Source: Eledone cirrhosa
Taxonomy: Eukaryota
NCBI GenBank assembly: GCA_964016885.1
Contig: OZ024749.1
Location: 12,400,001 to 12,464,000, forward strand
DNA: 64,000 nt
Direction of reading: 5' to 3'
Shown here: positions 49,719 to 61,707 of the stretch, in pieces
Numbering within the stretch: position 1 is the stretch's first letter
How the letters are laid out: every line of letters begins with the position of its first letter
Program-made: the position numbers and the translations under genes
Notes under the pieces: generated by a model
Seen by the model: only the letters and a program-made list of their open reading frames with translations
Databases searched by the model: none
Told to the model about the DNA's origin: nothing

Positions 49719-49764
49719 TATCTGCCTGTCCCGCTGCCTAACTAGCAGGATTGTACATACTATT

Positions 49765-50063
49765 TCAGGATGGTCTCTCCCACTGCTTGCTACTGCTGGA
49801 CTTGAAAACAGTCGAGAATATATAGTTTTCTCATCTGTGTAAATGAGGTGATTAATCTCATTTGCATATGAAGCTGCATAAGTTGGCTCAACTTATAAGC
49901 ATAGCTTTATACTATGTATAGAAATTTCGTATTTCTAAAGAAATACGGTTTTAGAAAGCTATGCAAATGAGATTAATCACCTCATTTACACAGACGAGAA
50001 AACTATATATTCTCGACTGTTTTCAAGACCAGCAGTAGCAAGCGGTGGGAGGGACCATCCTGA
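49765..50063. repeat. 104-bp inverted repeat (fold-back) leading into a hammerhead
   Basis: 49765-49868 is the reverse complement of 49960-50063 with few mismatches. The spacer contains the hairpin CGTATTTCT AA AGAAATACG. Confidence 0.9.
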
Positions 50064-50103
50064 CGAAGGCCAGTCAAGCCTGAAATGCATAGACAGTTGT
50101 CCC
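50051..50103 (+). ncRNA. Minimal type I hammerhead ribozyme motif
   Basis: GGGACCATC-CTGACGA-AGGC CAGTCAA GCCT-GAAA-TGCA-TA-GA CAGTT GTCCC. Stem I is bulged and the stem III loop (TGCA) is palindromic. Confidence 0.82.
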
Positions 50104-51604
50104 CCTTGCTTCTGCTGGACATCCCTGCTGACTACTAATGGGGTGGAGTTACCTCCCGCAGGTGCAAGCCCCATGAGGTGTAGTGGCTGTTCCAGCACAT
50201 CTCCCTTGCCGTCCTCCGGGGTAATGCATTCTCCATCCTGTTGGCTGGTATCCTGAGGCGGAGGGTAAGTTCGGATGTTACTCTCACCCATGTATTGAGT
50301 TTTTACTTGGTATATTTAATAAAATAGACAATAATTGCCTATAATTATGTTTAGAAATTTCCAGTTAAATAGTTTTGTTTACAAATGTGTTGGTTGATGG
50401 GGTTGGAATATGACTTAAAACTATAAGGAATTATTTTTAGTTCATTTCCAACATCAGAAACTAATTAAAATGGTTTTCCTTTGACTAATTCACAACAGCT
50501 CTGTGAATTAGAATTAATATTTGCTGACCATTAATTTCACATCACATCCTACAATTGATAATGTTAGCTGTATATGTACTACAGATTAATTCTACCCCCC
50601 CCTCTCTCTCTCTCTCATTATATTACATCTGAGAAGAGGTGTGATAGTGAAGTGTAAAGATGTATATTTCACTTCCCCTCTCCCAAAATGGATGTTAAAA
50701 ACATCACAGTTAGTAGCTGTCCTTTTCACCCTTTCATTACTATATTTCTAACAAAAACACTGCCTATAATTTTTAAATAATTTTTGAAATAATCAAGAAT
50801 TTATAGGGATTTAGTAATATAACTAACTTTCTCATTATTAAGTTGGTGTTTGGTACATAATATCTGAGATATACAGCCTCATCTGGGGTGGTGTTTGGAC
50901 CATAACAGCTGGGATATACTGCTTTAATTGGGGTGTGAAGTTTGCCACTCCCTCCTTCCCCCCCTTACTTTCCAGATTTAATTTTATCTCTGTCTTTTTC
51001 ATTTTTTATATGAAAACCTTTAATTGAACAAAGCTTCTTACATAAAATTATGATGGAAGGTTTTTAGACAAATATAATCACTTTCCAGCGTTTTTTAATC
51101 CTAGATCCAGTGATGGTTTTAGGTAGTTTTGTATCAAAAAGGTTAAATTGTTGAAATCTTCCTGCCAGCATCACTATAGTTTTATTTGTGTAAATATTGG
51201 TCAGGTACTTTGGCAAAAGAAATCAATTGAAATCATTTGTATTTTATTGAGTCATCCATAGGATAATAGACTATATTTCTGCAATAGCCTTCCATTGATG
51301 TTAGCTGTTGTTACATTCAGTAGAAAAATCAATAATTGCTTTACCTTAGCAATGTGCATTGATAAGGCTGTTAGAGAGAGGGAGGAATATATGGTATTAT
51401 TTGCTAAGGAAAAGTGGAAGCTAAATATATATTTATCCAGTAACATAACATAAAAGAATTTAGTTATGGCAGTTTCTCAGTAAACTTTGAGTTAAAGCAG
51501 TGATGCTCAGCTGTTTTTCTTTTTTCAGAAGGAGCTTCATAAAATTTATGAGGAATAGTTAATGGACCACTAGATTTTAGGTTGTATTATAATACCTAAG
51601 AAAA

Positions 51605-51825
51605 TGGGTAGTAGATTGGCATTATCAGTAGGGCATCAAACAACATGCTTTACGACATAGTTACAACCCTTTATGTTCTGAGTTCAATTTCTGCTGAGGT
51701 TAGCTTTGCCTTTCATCCTTACAGAGTTGATAAAATAAAAGTACCAGTAGTACACTGAAGCTGATTTAATCGACTTCCCCTCCCCCCAAATTGTTGGCCT
51801 TGTGCCTAAATCAGCAATCATTATA
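51605..51825 (+). mobile_element. SINE family 1, older variant
   Basis: GAGTTCAATT and CTTTGCCTTTCATCCTT motifs with a TGGCCTTGTGCCTAAA tail. Confidence 0.85.
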
Positions 51826-52344
51826 TACATAAGAAAAAAATTAGTGATTTCCTTTGTCTTCTGAAACTCACAATGGACAACCAAAATTTGGTATGGGACA
51901 CATTACTAGTAGGTGTTTTCCTCTGAGATATTGAACTTAGCACTGCAAGTTAATAAATTAATCTTACGCAGTTACATAGCATGGACAAAAATACTAGGGT
52001 AAGCAAATAGAATGTTGCATGTTTGAGGGACAGTAACCTTGCACAGGGATATCATCTAATTACCCCCTCCAAAAAAAATTATACCATCATTAATTAATCA
52101 TTCCAAAATATTAATTTCATTTGATGTCATTATTCAAGTTCTGTGATAATGGATGTATGGTGTGGTATGATCCCATAACTCCCGATAGAGTCGTAGAGGC
52201 ACCGTATTGACATATGGCGTTTCTTGGACATTTTAAGCCTGGCAGAGCCCATCCCTCCCCAGGCCTGACCTGGCAGAGCCCATCCCTCTCTTCCAGAGAA
52301 AGATAGAAAGTGAGAGAGAGGAAATGAGAAAGAGATATTAGAGG

Positions 52345-52510
52345 AAGAATTGACCCCAGTACGAGACTGGTACTTTTTTTTATCACTCTCAAAAGGATGA
52401 AAGGCAAAGTTGACCTCGGCGGGATATGAATTCTGAGAGCAGAGAACCAGAACAAATACCATAAGACATTCTATCTGACGTTCTAATGACTGCCTGTTCA
52501 CTGCCACCAT
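52345..52510 (-). mobile_element. SINE family 1, older variant
   Basis: CTGGTACTT..GGATGAAAGGCAAAGTTGACCTCGGCGGGAT. Confidence 0.8.
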
Positions 52511-52789
52511 AATGGATGTAGTAGTCTACAAAACTGTGAAGCTGAAAAAAATGTGTTGAGATAAATAATAATAAATTAGGAATGCATTAAAAGATATGAA
52601 AATTGGACAGGGACCAGGTGAAGAGGAAGGACTCATTTAGTTCTGTATAGAAGGATGGGACCCTGTTTATAAGCAAGTAGCAGATCCCTTCACAAAAGAC
52701 ATAAAATGAAATGAAATGTCCAGTAACAGAAGCAATGCCATTATGTTTTTATATAAGAAAGGGAACATTACAGATTTTAAAAACTACAG

Positions 52790-53043
52790 ATCCACCAGAC
52801 TCCTGTATATCACCACCAGACTCTTGTATATCAACACCACACTCCTGTATATCATCAGACTCCTGTATATCACCACCACAGTCCTGTATATCACCACCAC
52901 ACTCCTGTATATCACCACCAGACTCTTGTATATCACCACCAGACTCTTGTATATCACCACCAGACTCTTGTATATCACCACCAGACTCTTGTATATCACC
53001 ACCAGACTCTTGTATATCACCACCAGACTCCTGTATATCACCA
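52790..53043. repeat. 21-bp minisatellite (~12 units)
   Basis: Unit CCACCAGACTC(C/T)TGTATATCA. Confidence 0.95.
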
Positions 53044-53699
53044 TCATCATTTAATGTCCATTTCCCACGGTAGCATGGCTATAACTTTTACAAAATAATA
53101 ACTAAATGTTTACAAATGTTACGGTTGGACAAACTAAAGAAACAAGCAGAGTTCAGTAACAGGTTTTCATCAACCATCCATTTCACAAACTAAGTTATCC
53201 AGCACATGTAGAATACAGACAACTATTATGTTTAAGATTTATTGATTATGAGGAAGCCTTAGATAACAATGAAATCTAAACTGTTATTGATCAGGGAATG
53301 CATCAGACTTGTATAGAAATTATTAAGAAAATCTATGGCCTAGGACCATCATCTATAAATTTCCCACGGGAAGTGAATAGATCAATATTGAAAAGGGAGT
53401 AAGACAAAAGGATATAATATCACTTCAACTCATTAATACTGCACTGGAAGATATCTTTAAAATGTTTAACTTGGATGAAAAATAAATAAGCATAAATGAT
53501 GAATTTTAAATTCAATCACACTTTGCTGATGACAGCCATCTTCTCAAATGATGGACTAGAAATACTGACTGACCTGGACAGTGAAAAGAACATTTTGGAC
53601 TAAAAATAAATATGAAGAAAACATATCATGTTCAAGAGCCATGCAACAAGTCATCAAAGTCAACAATGATCTTTAATAGTTTCTGATATAAGCAGAAGG

Positions 53700-53885
53700 C
53701 CATGAATTTTAGTTGGGTGGGAGTTTAACCCAGAATTGGACAGGTACTTTATTTTATTGACCTCAAAAGGATGAATGGCAAAGTTGACCTCTGCAGTATT
53801 TGAACTCAGAATGTAGAAAATCGTAATTAAACACCAATAGGGATTTTGTCCGATGTTCTACCGATACTACCAATCCACTACCACT
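53700..53885 (-). mobile_element. SINE family 1, older variant
   Basis: GGTACTTTATTTTATTGACC..GGATGAATGGCAAAGTTGACCTC..TTTGAACTC. Confidence 0.8.
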
Positions 53886-53908
53886 AATAATGATCTTATA
53901 ATAACAAC

Positions 53909-55728
53909 CGACTCCTGTATATCACCACCACACTTCTGTATATCACCACCACACTCCTGTATATTACCACCACACTCCTGTATATCACCACCACACTCTT
54001 GTATATCACCACCACACTCCTGTATATCACAACCACACTCCTGTATATCACCTCCACACTCCTGTATATCACCACCACACTCCTGTATATCACCACCACA
54101 CTCATGTATATCACCACCACACTCATGTATATCACCTCCACACTCCTGTATATCACCACCACACTCCTGTATATCACCACCACACTCCTGTATATCACCA
54201 CCACACTCATGTATATCACCACCACACTCATGTATATCACCCCCACATTCATGTATATCACCCCCACACTCATGTATATCACCTCCACACTCATGTATAT
54301 CACCTCCACACTCCTGTATATCACCACCACAGTCCTGTATATTACCCAACACTCCTGTATATCACCCCCACACTCCTGTATAACACCATCTGACTCCTGT
54401 ATATCACCCCCACACTCCTGTATATCACCTCCACACTCCTCTATATCACCACCACACTCCTGTATATCCCCACCACACTCCTGTATATCCCCACCACACT
54501 CCTGTATATCACCACCACACTCCTCTATATCACCACCGCACTCCTGCATATCACCACCACACTCCTCTATATCACCACCACACTCATGTATATCACCTCC
54601 ACACTCATGTATATCACCACCGCACTCCTGTATATCACCACCGCACTCCTGTATATCACCACCGCACTCCTCTATATCACCACCACACTCATGTATATCA
54701 CCTCCACACTCCTGTATATCACCTCCACACTCATGTATATCACCTCCACACTCATGTATATCACCACCACACTCATGTATATCACCACCACACTCATGTA
54801 TATCACCTCCACACTCATGTATATCACCTCCACACTCCTGTATATCACCACCACACTCGTGTATATCACCACCACACTCATGTATATCACCACCACACTC
54901 CTGTATATCACCCCCACACTCCTGTATATCACCACCACACTCCTGTATATCACCACCACACTCCTGTATATCACCTCCACACTCCTGTATATCACCTCCG
55001 CACTCCTGTATATCACCCCCGCACTCCTCTATATCACCACCGCACTCCTGTATATCCCCACCACACTCCTGTATATCCTCACCACACTCCTGTATATCCC
55101 CACCACACTCCTCTATATCACCACCACACTCCTGTATATCACCACCACACTCCTCTATATCACCACCACACTCCTCTATATCACCACCACACTCCTGTAT
55201 ATCACCACCACACTCCTGTATATCCCCACCACACTCCTCTATATCACCACCACACTCCTGTATATCACAACCACACTCCTGTATATCACCTCCACACTCC
55301 TGTATATCACCACCACACTCATGTATATCACCTCCACACTCCTGTATATCACCTCCACACTCCTGTATATCACCTCCACACTCCTGTATATCACCACCAC
55401 ACTCCTGTATATCACCTCCACACTCCTGTATATCACCACCACACTCCTGTATATCACCACCACACTCCTGTATATCACCTCCACACTCATGTATATCACC
55501 TCCACACTCCTGTATATCACCTCCACATTCCTGTATATCACCTCCACACTCATGTATATCACCTCCACACTCCTGTATATCACCTCCACATTCCTGTATA
55601 TCACCTCCACACTCATGTATATCACCTCCACACTCCTGTATATCACCCCCACACTCATGTATATCACCCCCACACTCCTGTATAACACCATCTGACTCCT
55701 GTATATCACCTCCACAATTCTGTATATC
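53909..55728. repeat. 21-bp minisatellite (~87 units)
   Basis: Unit CACC(A/T/C)CCACACTC(C/A)TGTATAT. Confidence 0.97.
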
Positions 55729-56230
55729 ATTGGACAGCTGGTAAACATAAAATACAGCTCTATAGAGAAAGTAAAAGGATTAATCCAATCTGGAATATGA
55801 GCTTTTGATAAATTTTATATCATGATAAATACAATTTTACTATGTTTGAAGTGCAAATAATTTGTTGAGTGCAAGATATTTGCTATCTGTAATGACATGA
55901 GAGAGAGACATGGTTGATGACTAAAAATATAGAAGAAAGGCTTAGAAGTTCACAAAGAACTATAGAAAGGTGTTAACAGAGAAACATACAAATAAAAGTA
56001 TAAGACATCCGAAAACATTAAGAGAAAATAGAAGTCGACAAGTTATGTAACACCACAAACAAATCACAACAGATGTACAAAGCTGTATACATACAGAATA
56101 GTGCCCGAGGGGAGAGGGGCACGTTCACATAGTAAGGAACACGTGACTAACTGGGGAGATGAGATCAAAAATTTTTGTGTGAGCACATGTTCCTCCGACC
56201 TCGATCTCTCACAACGGGACATTACTTTAA

Positions 56231-56360
56231 CCCTTTAGCGTTCACATTACTCTATATATTTTCATGGCAAAGGCTTTACCTTACATAATTATCTCACATA
56301 ATATCGAATGTATGAGATTTTGAAAGTATTTATTTTGAGAACAATACATTAACATCAGTT
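56231..56360 (-). mobile_element. piggyBac-type MITE family B, partial
   Basis: TTAA|CCCTTTAGCGTTCACATTACTCTATAT matches the reverse complement of the right end of 9751-9974. Confidence 0.75.
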
Positions 56361-56812
56361 TGTAAAAAAATAAAAGAAATAAAAATGAATTATTATTGAA
56401 CAATTATTTCCAACAACCATGATAGAGCTAATAAATCTTGGCTAGAATTATTCTTGTGGGAATACAATTAACAAATGTTACATGATCTCTTATGCATCTC
56501 AAGACAATACTCTCTCATTGTCATCATAACTGTTGTCTTTTTGTTTGACATCCTCATAACTCTTTGTTTTATGTCAATTTTATAGAACTGACAAACAATA
56601 TAAAGCCAAACTATTACACACTTGGGGATCATGAGAATTTGGTACCTAAGCTAGTCATAGTTTCAATACAAATGTATTAATCATCTTTCCTAGAATAGTG
56701 AAAGAAATCAGTTGAACTAACAACCTTTTCTTTTGACATCTTATTTACTCCTTATTTTCATTGACATACTCTTTGAATATTTAAGATTTTTTTGTTTATC
56801 ACACACACACAC

Positions 56813-57302
56813 ATGGTGAAGGCGCATGGCTTAGTGGTTTAAGGTGTTCAGTTCATGATCATAAAGTCGCTAGTTTGATTTCCACTAGCAAGTTATGCCA
56901 GTCCACTTAGCTTATTACATTAAGGGTTTGCGTGCCTGTGGAATGCTCAGCCACTTGCACATTAATTTAATGAGCAGGCTGTTCCATTTATCATATCAAC
57001 TGGAACATGTCATACCCAATGGGGTTCCAGTTATATTTGTGCCTGGGAAAAGTACAACAGATGCCCTCTTCTTAGTGAGAGAGGTTCTTAGAGAAAAATA
57101 AGCCACTGTATTTAGCTTTTGTTGAAGGCCTTTAATAGAGTACCTTGATCCGTCATCTGGTGGTCCCTAAGGAAACTAGGTCTAGAGGAATGGCTTATGA
57201 GGACAGTGTAAGCTATGTACAGAGGAGCTGTCAGTAAAGTGGGAGTAGGAATGGAGTTTAGTGAGGAATTCCAGATATAAGTAGGAGTTCATCAGGGTTC
57301 TA
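56813..57302 (+). mobile_element. tRNA-SINE head/body fused to an internal RTE RT fragment
   Basis: GGCGCATGGCTTAGTGGTT head. From ~57035 the sequence reads FVPGKSTTDALFLVR..GVHQGS, as in the 797-aa ORF. Confidence 0.75.
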
Positions 57303-58003
57303 TTCTATTTAGCCTTTGATACCAAACCACCTGAAAGAGTCCCTGGTTTCATGATACTAAGCTGTTTATTTTAAAGTTGACAATTTTATGTAAGAACTCT
57401 TATTAAGACATGCTGTAAATATCACCTTAATGATCGGAAAGTTAGTCATATTAACAAAATCCTTTCAAATTTTTGATTATCTTCAAAATGACATGAAAAT
57501 CATGAGCAATGCCCTTCAGGAGAATAAATAGATTAAAAGAATTTAAAGTTTAATGAATAAAAGAAATCCTGAATTGCAATTCCTGATTAAGTTCATTGTT
57601 TAGTAGAATTCATAAGAAAATCACCTGTAACCTTTGTTATGACGTTTCTAAGCCAGCTTAATAATGAGAAAGTTATGTGAGACATGAGTAACGTTTTTCA
57701 TCAGATATATAGTAATGGTGGGAGTGGCTTTTCCAGCGCGTCTCCCTTACCGTCCTCCAGGGAAACGTCTTCTCCATTCTGTCCGCCGGGGCTGTGGGTG
57801 GGCCCCATCGCATACCGTTGTAGTTGTTGTATACAGATATTAACTCATCAATCCCATTGTCCTAATCCAAAATCATTTACTAAACTTTTATTCACCGCAT
57901 AATTATTACTCTCTAATCGTATAATATTGATAAAAATGAAGACCTGTTAGCTGATTAAAATATATATAGTGTTATATTATGTTCTAAATACCAGATAAAT
58001 AAT

Positions 58004-58100
58004 TGTTTCTACTTTAGGCACAAGGCCAGCAATTACCCAGTGCATTACTGGTACTTTATTTTATCGACCCCGTAAGGATGAAAGGCAAAGTCAACCTCGA
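58004..58100 (-). mobile_element. SINE family 1, 5'-truncated
   Basis: 19-bp TSD TAAATACCAGATAAATAAT at 57985-58003 and 58101-58119. Confidence 0.9.
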
Positions 58101-58784
58101 TAAATACCAGATAAATAATGAGAAAGTTATATTGCTAAATTCCTTCGAATTCTTGATTATTAAAAAAATTATTTGAAATATCTTAGGCACAGTGTCTTCC
58201 ATTAGAAATATGGTAATGAAAGTTTTAAATATTTCATGCTCGATATAACAGAAGATATTTATGGAATCAGTCTTTGATATTCCACTTGAGATAACTTCTC
58301 AAATGTTCATTACAAACTATTCTTTGTAAATCCATCGAATTTCTTACCAACATTGAAACTAGGTAAATTCTAGTTTCATAATCAATATTTGTACACTTTG
58401 GAAATTGTGTTCATCTTGTGGTTTTAATCAGTTAAAATGTTGAAAGAATTGTATTTTTGCCTCAAATGTAATATCTTGAGTGACAAACGTTTGTGTTGGA
58501 ATTTGGTTACTTTTAATATTTGTCTTGTTAATCTCTGTGAAATGGAGATTGATTGTTGTGTTCTTTGTCCAAGGAACAAATGAAGAAAGATTTGATCATG
58601 TACATCATCAGCATCACTTTTTAATTCTTGTACTGGGAGATTTCTTTCATAGCACCAACACTTTACAGGCTGGACTGGCTGTTTTTATTTATCTTTTGTT
58701 GTACCAGCACAACCATCTTACGGGGTGGACTAGGTGCCTTTTGTTGTGGCACCAGTATGACTACCTTACATATTACATATTTGA

Positions 58785-59010
58785 ATGTCTAAGGAAAGAA
58801 TTGCAGGACAGATATTTTATAGGCAAAGACAACCAGCAGGGAACCCAGAGGTAGACCATGAGCAAGATGGTTAGATAAGCCTGGTTGGTCTCACTTGGGA
58901 ATCCAGTTGGATCATCTGAAAATATTGCTTGCAATAAGATACTCTGGAAGGAATGTTTGCGAACTCTATTCTCATAACCCTCTCAGGAATAAGTGGGTAA
59001 AGAAGAAGAT
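58785..59010 (+). mobile_element. RTE 3' end, same family as 11850-12076
   Basis: Shared CCCTCTCAG(A/G)AATAAGTGGG(C/T)AAAGAAGAAG terminus. Confidence 0.8.
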
Positions 59011-59454
59011 ATGTTACCAAATGTTTTGATTTATAGATGATGAATTAGCATTGTTAGAGCATTGGATTAACAATTTTTTAATCATATTTGTAATGAAAGA
59101 CACTGCCTATGATTTTCAAATTACTTTGAAAATAATAAAAAATTTAGAGGGGAATATAATATTTAGTAATATTATTATTCATTTCTTACATAAAATTATT
59201 TTAAAATATACAGCTTAGTATTGAAAAACCAGAGACAGTTTCAGGTGGTTTGGTATTTATTTCAGCCATGGTCAAAATTGACTTCAGCCATGGTCAACAT
59301 TGACTTCAGCAATGGTCAACTTTGACTTCAGCAATGGTCAACTTTGTCTTCAGCCTTTCTAGATCAATAAATAATAGCAGTTTAGGATCACTGGGTTGGC
59401 AAAATTGTTAGTCAGACTAGATACTTTGTGGTATCTAATCCATCCTTATGAATT

Positions 59455-59880
59455 CTGACCCTTTACAAAGCTCAGGTGAGACCCTCAATGGAGTACTGCT
59501 CTCACATCTGGGGCAGTGTTTCTGTTGCATCCACAGGCATAATATCTACAGAAAGGTCTCTCAACTAATTTATATAAAGTCATTCATACACATATACATT
59601 CTAACCTCTGATTCACAGATGTGCTGTCTCCCTCCCCTCTCTCTGCCTCTACTATAATGGCCTCTTGGTTGGTCACATGCTAACTCCAGTTAGGTACTCC
59701 TGATTAACTTGCATCTCCTCTCATCATTTATCTTGTGTCAGACCTCTCACTAACCACAGTACCCAGTCCTTCCTGCCCAGAGAATGCCAGCTCTCTGGAA
59801 TTTCCTCCCTGCAGGTATTAAGTTCAGATGTTTCTGTGGAATGCCAATTACATCAATCTTGCTAGTTGAGAACGACCTGC
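59455..59880 (+). pseudogene. CR1/Jockey-group LINE 3' remnant
   Basis: LYKAQVRPSMEYCSHIWG and LWNFLP motifs. Confidence 0.7.
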
Positions 59881-60035
59881 AATATTCAAGGTGCTGTCCC
59901 TTCAATCAGATTTAACAAATAAAAAACAAACCAATTGATCGTCGAAGTATTTTAGTCCCTCTTTACAGTTTGAATCCACATGACATTTTGCTGACTTTGT
60001 TTTTCCTCCTTCTGTATATAATCCTTTTTCTTTTA

Positions 60036-60037
<2 letters not shown>

Positions 60038-60103
<66 letters not shown>
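60038..60103. repeat. (GT)n microsatellite
   Basis: About 33 GT units. Confidence 0.97.
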
Positions 60104-60105
<2 letters not shown>

Positions 60106-60331
60106 AGGACAATACAAAAGGATGAGGTTGAAACAGAAGAGTTTAAAACAGAAAAAAAATGAAGACCCATGGACAAAATTTTTTTTTTAAAATAGGAAGA
60201 ATGTATGTAGGGGATGTTTACACTGAATAGAAAGAGAAGAAACGATACAAATAAATTTATTTCATATTTTGTATTTCATCTGAATTATGAGAATTATTTC
60301 ATTTAAAGATATTTTTTTTTTTGAATTACAG

Positions 60332-60370
60332 ATGGCCCACCTCCGTTAACATCTTCACAAATTCGAATGT
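60332..60370 (+). CDS. Candidate 39-nt internal microexon of an unidentified host gene
   Basis: T11-GAATTACAG|ATGGCC...GAATGT|GTAAGT. The length is divisible by 3 and two frames are open (DGPPPLTSSQIRM or WPTSVNIFTNSN). Confidence 0.55.
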
Positions 60371-60549
60371 GTAAGTAACTATTTCATTATATTTTTTATA
60401 TATATTGCTAATTAATATTCAATATTATTATCTCATTAGCCTTTTTAGTAGCTGTCTTAGAACATCCATACAAAAGTTATTCATGTTTAAATTAAGATCT
60501 GTCAAAATCTTATAACCCAGGTTAATATCAATATATATATATATTATAT

Positions 60550-61125
60550 ATAGTATATACTATATGTAGTTATATACTATATGTAGTTATATACTATATG
60601 TAGTTATATATCATATATAGTTATATACTATATGTAGTTATATATCATATATAGTTAAATACTATATGTAGTTATATATATCATATATAGTTATATACTA
60701 TATGTAGTTATATATCATATATAGTTATATACTATATGTAGTTATATATAATATATAGTTATATACTATATGTAGTTATATATCATATATAGTTATATAC
60801 TATATGTAGTTATAGTATATAACTACATATGATATATAACTAGACATAGTATATAACTACATATAGTATATAACTACATATGATATATAACATATATTAT
60901 ATATATGTAGTTATATACTATATGTAGTTATAGTATATAACTACATCTAGTATATAACTACATATAGTATATAACTACATCTAGTATATAACTACATCTA
61001 GTATATAACTACATATAGTATATAACTACATATAGTATATAACTACATATAGTATATAACTATATATGATATATAACTACATATAGTATTTAACTATATA
61101 TGATATATAACTACATATAGTATAT
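60550..61125. repeat. AT-rich ~15-17-bp satellite with orientation switches
   Basis: TATACTATATGTAGT units flip to ACTACATATAGTATA at ~60813, flip back at ~60900 and flip again at ~60931. Confidence 0.9.
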
Positions 61126-61165
61126 AACAATATATAATATATAACTATATCTATATATAACTATA

Positions 61166-61605
61166 TCTATATATAATATAAAAGGGAGATGTTTCTTGGT
61201 TGGTTGGTTTACACACACACACGTACATAGACATATTACATCTAAAGAGAGAGACACACACAGAGGGATAGTGAGATACAGAGAGAGGTACAATTAAAGT
61301 GTTAGATATGCAGAGAGAGAGAGAGAATGGCAACGAACACTGGTTTACACACACACACACACATATAAAGACAGAGGGGAGATCTGCGTGTTCCTTGTTT
61401 CTCAGCCAGCATCTCTAATTGTGTCAATGAAGATGTTTGTGTGTGTAAGATTAAGACAACAAGAAAGACAATCGCAACTTTCTGAAAATGAACAGAACCT
61501 GAGAGGAAGATTGAAGCTGAACGGTTGGCATTCATTAAAAGCAGCCAAGTGAAACTTAAAGCAGAGCAGTACATCCATTTGAGAGGTACCATTATAACTG
61601 AATGG
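61166..61605 (+). mobile_element. Helitron 5' part with a Rep-protein fragment
   Basis: A|TCTATATATAATATAAAAGGGAGA start, like the other Helitron 5' ends. 61507-61602 encodes KIEAERLAFIKSSQVKLKAEQYIHLRGTI. Confidence 0.7.
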
Positions 61606-61707
61606 CAGTTTGGTAGAGGAAGGGTTAAGTGGAATCTTGTTGTCTTAATCTTTCTGTTTGCTGTCTCTGATGTTCTCTTTCACTTGAAAGATTTCAATCA
61701 TTTGGTG

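Larger units (their letters stand above)
52540..56170 (+). pseudogene. Old RTE/BovB-like LINE remnant interrupted by two minisatellites and a SINE
   Basis: IRNALKDMK, LYKKGNITDFKNYR, FIDYEEALD, EKGVRQKD and FADD; resumes after 55728 with a (YI)xLGQ-like sequence. Confidence 0.75.

Noticed and set aside
53853-55748. 581-aa (CISPPHS)n and related ORFs resembling extensin or metallothionein
   Set aside because: A 21-bp minisatellite that is open in several frames on both strands and embedded in a dead LINE.
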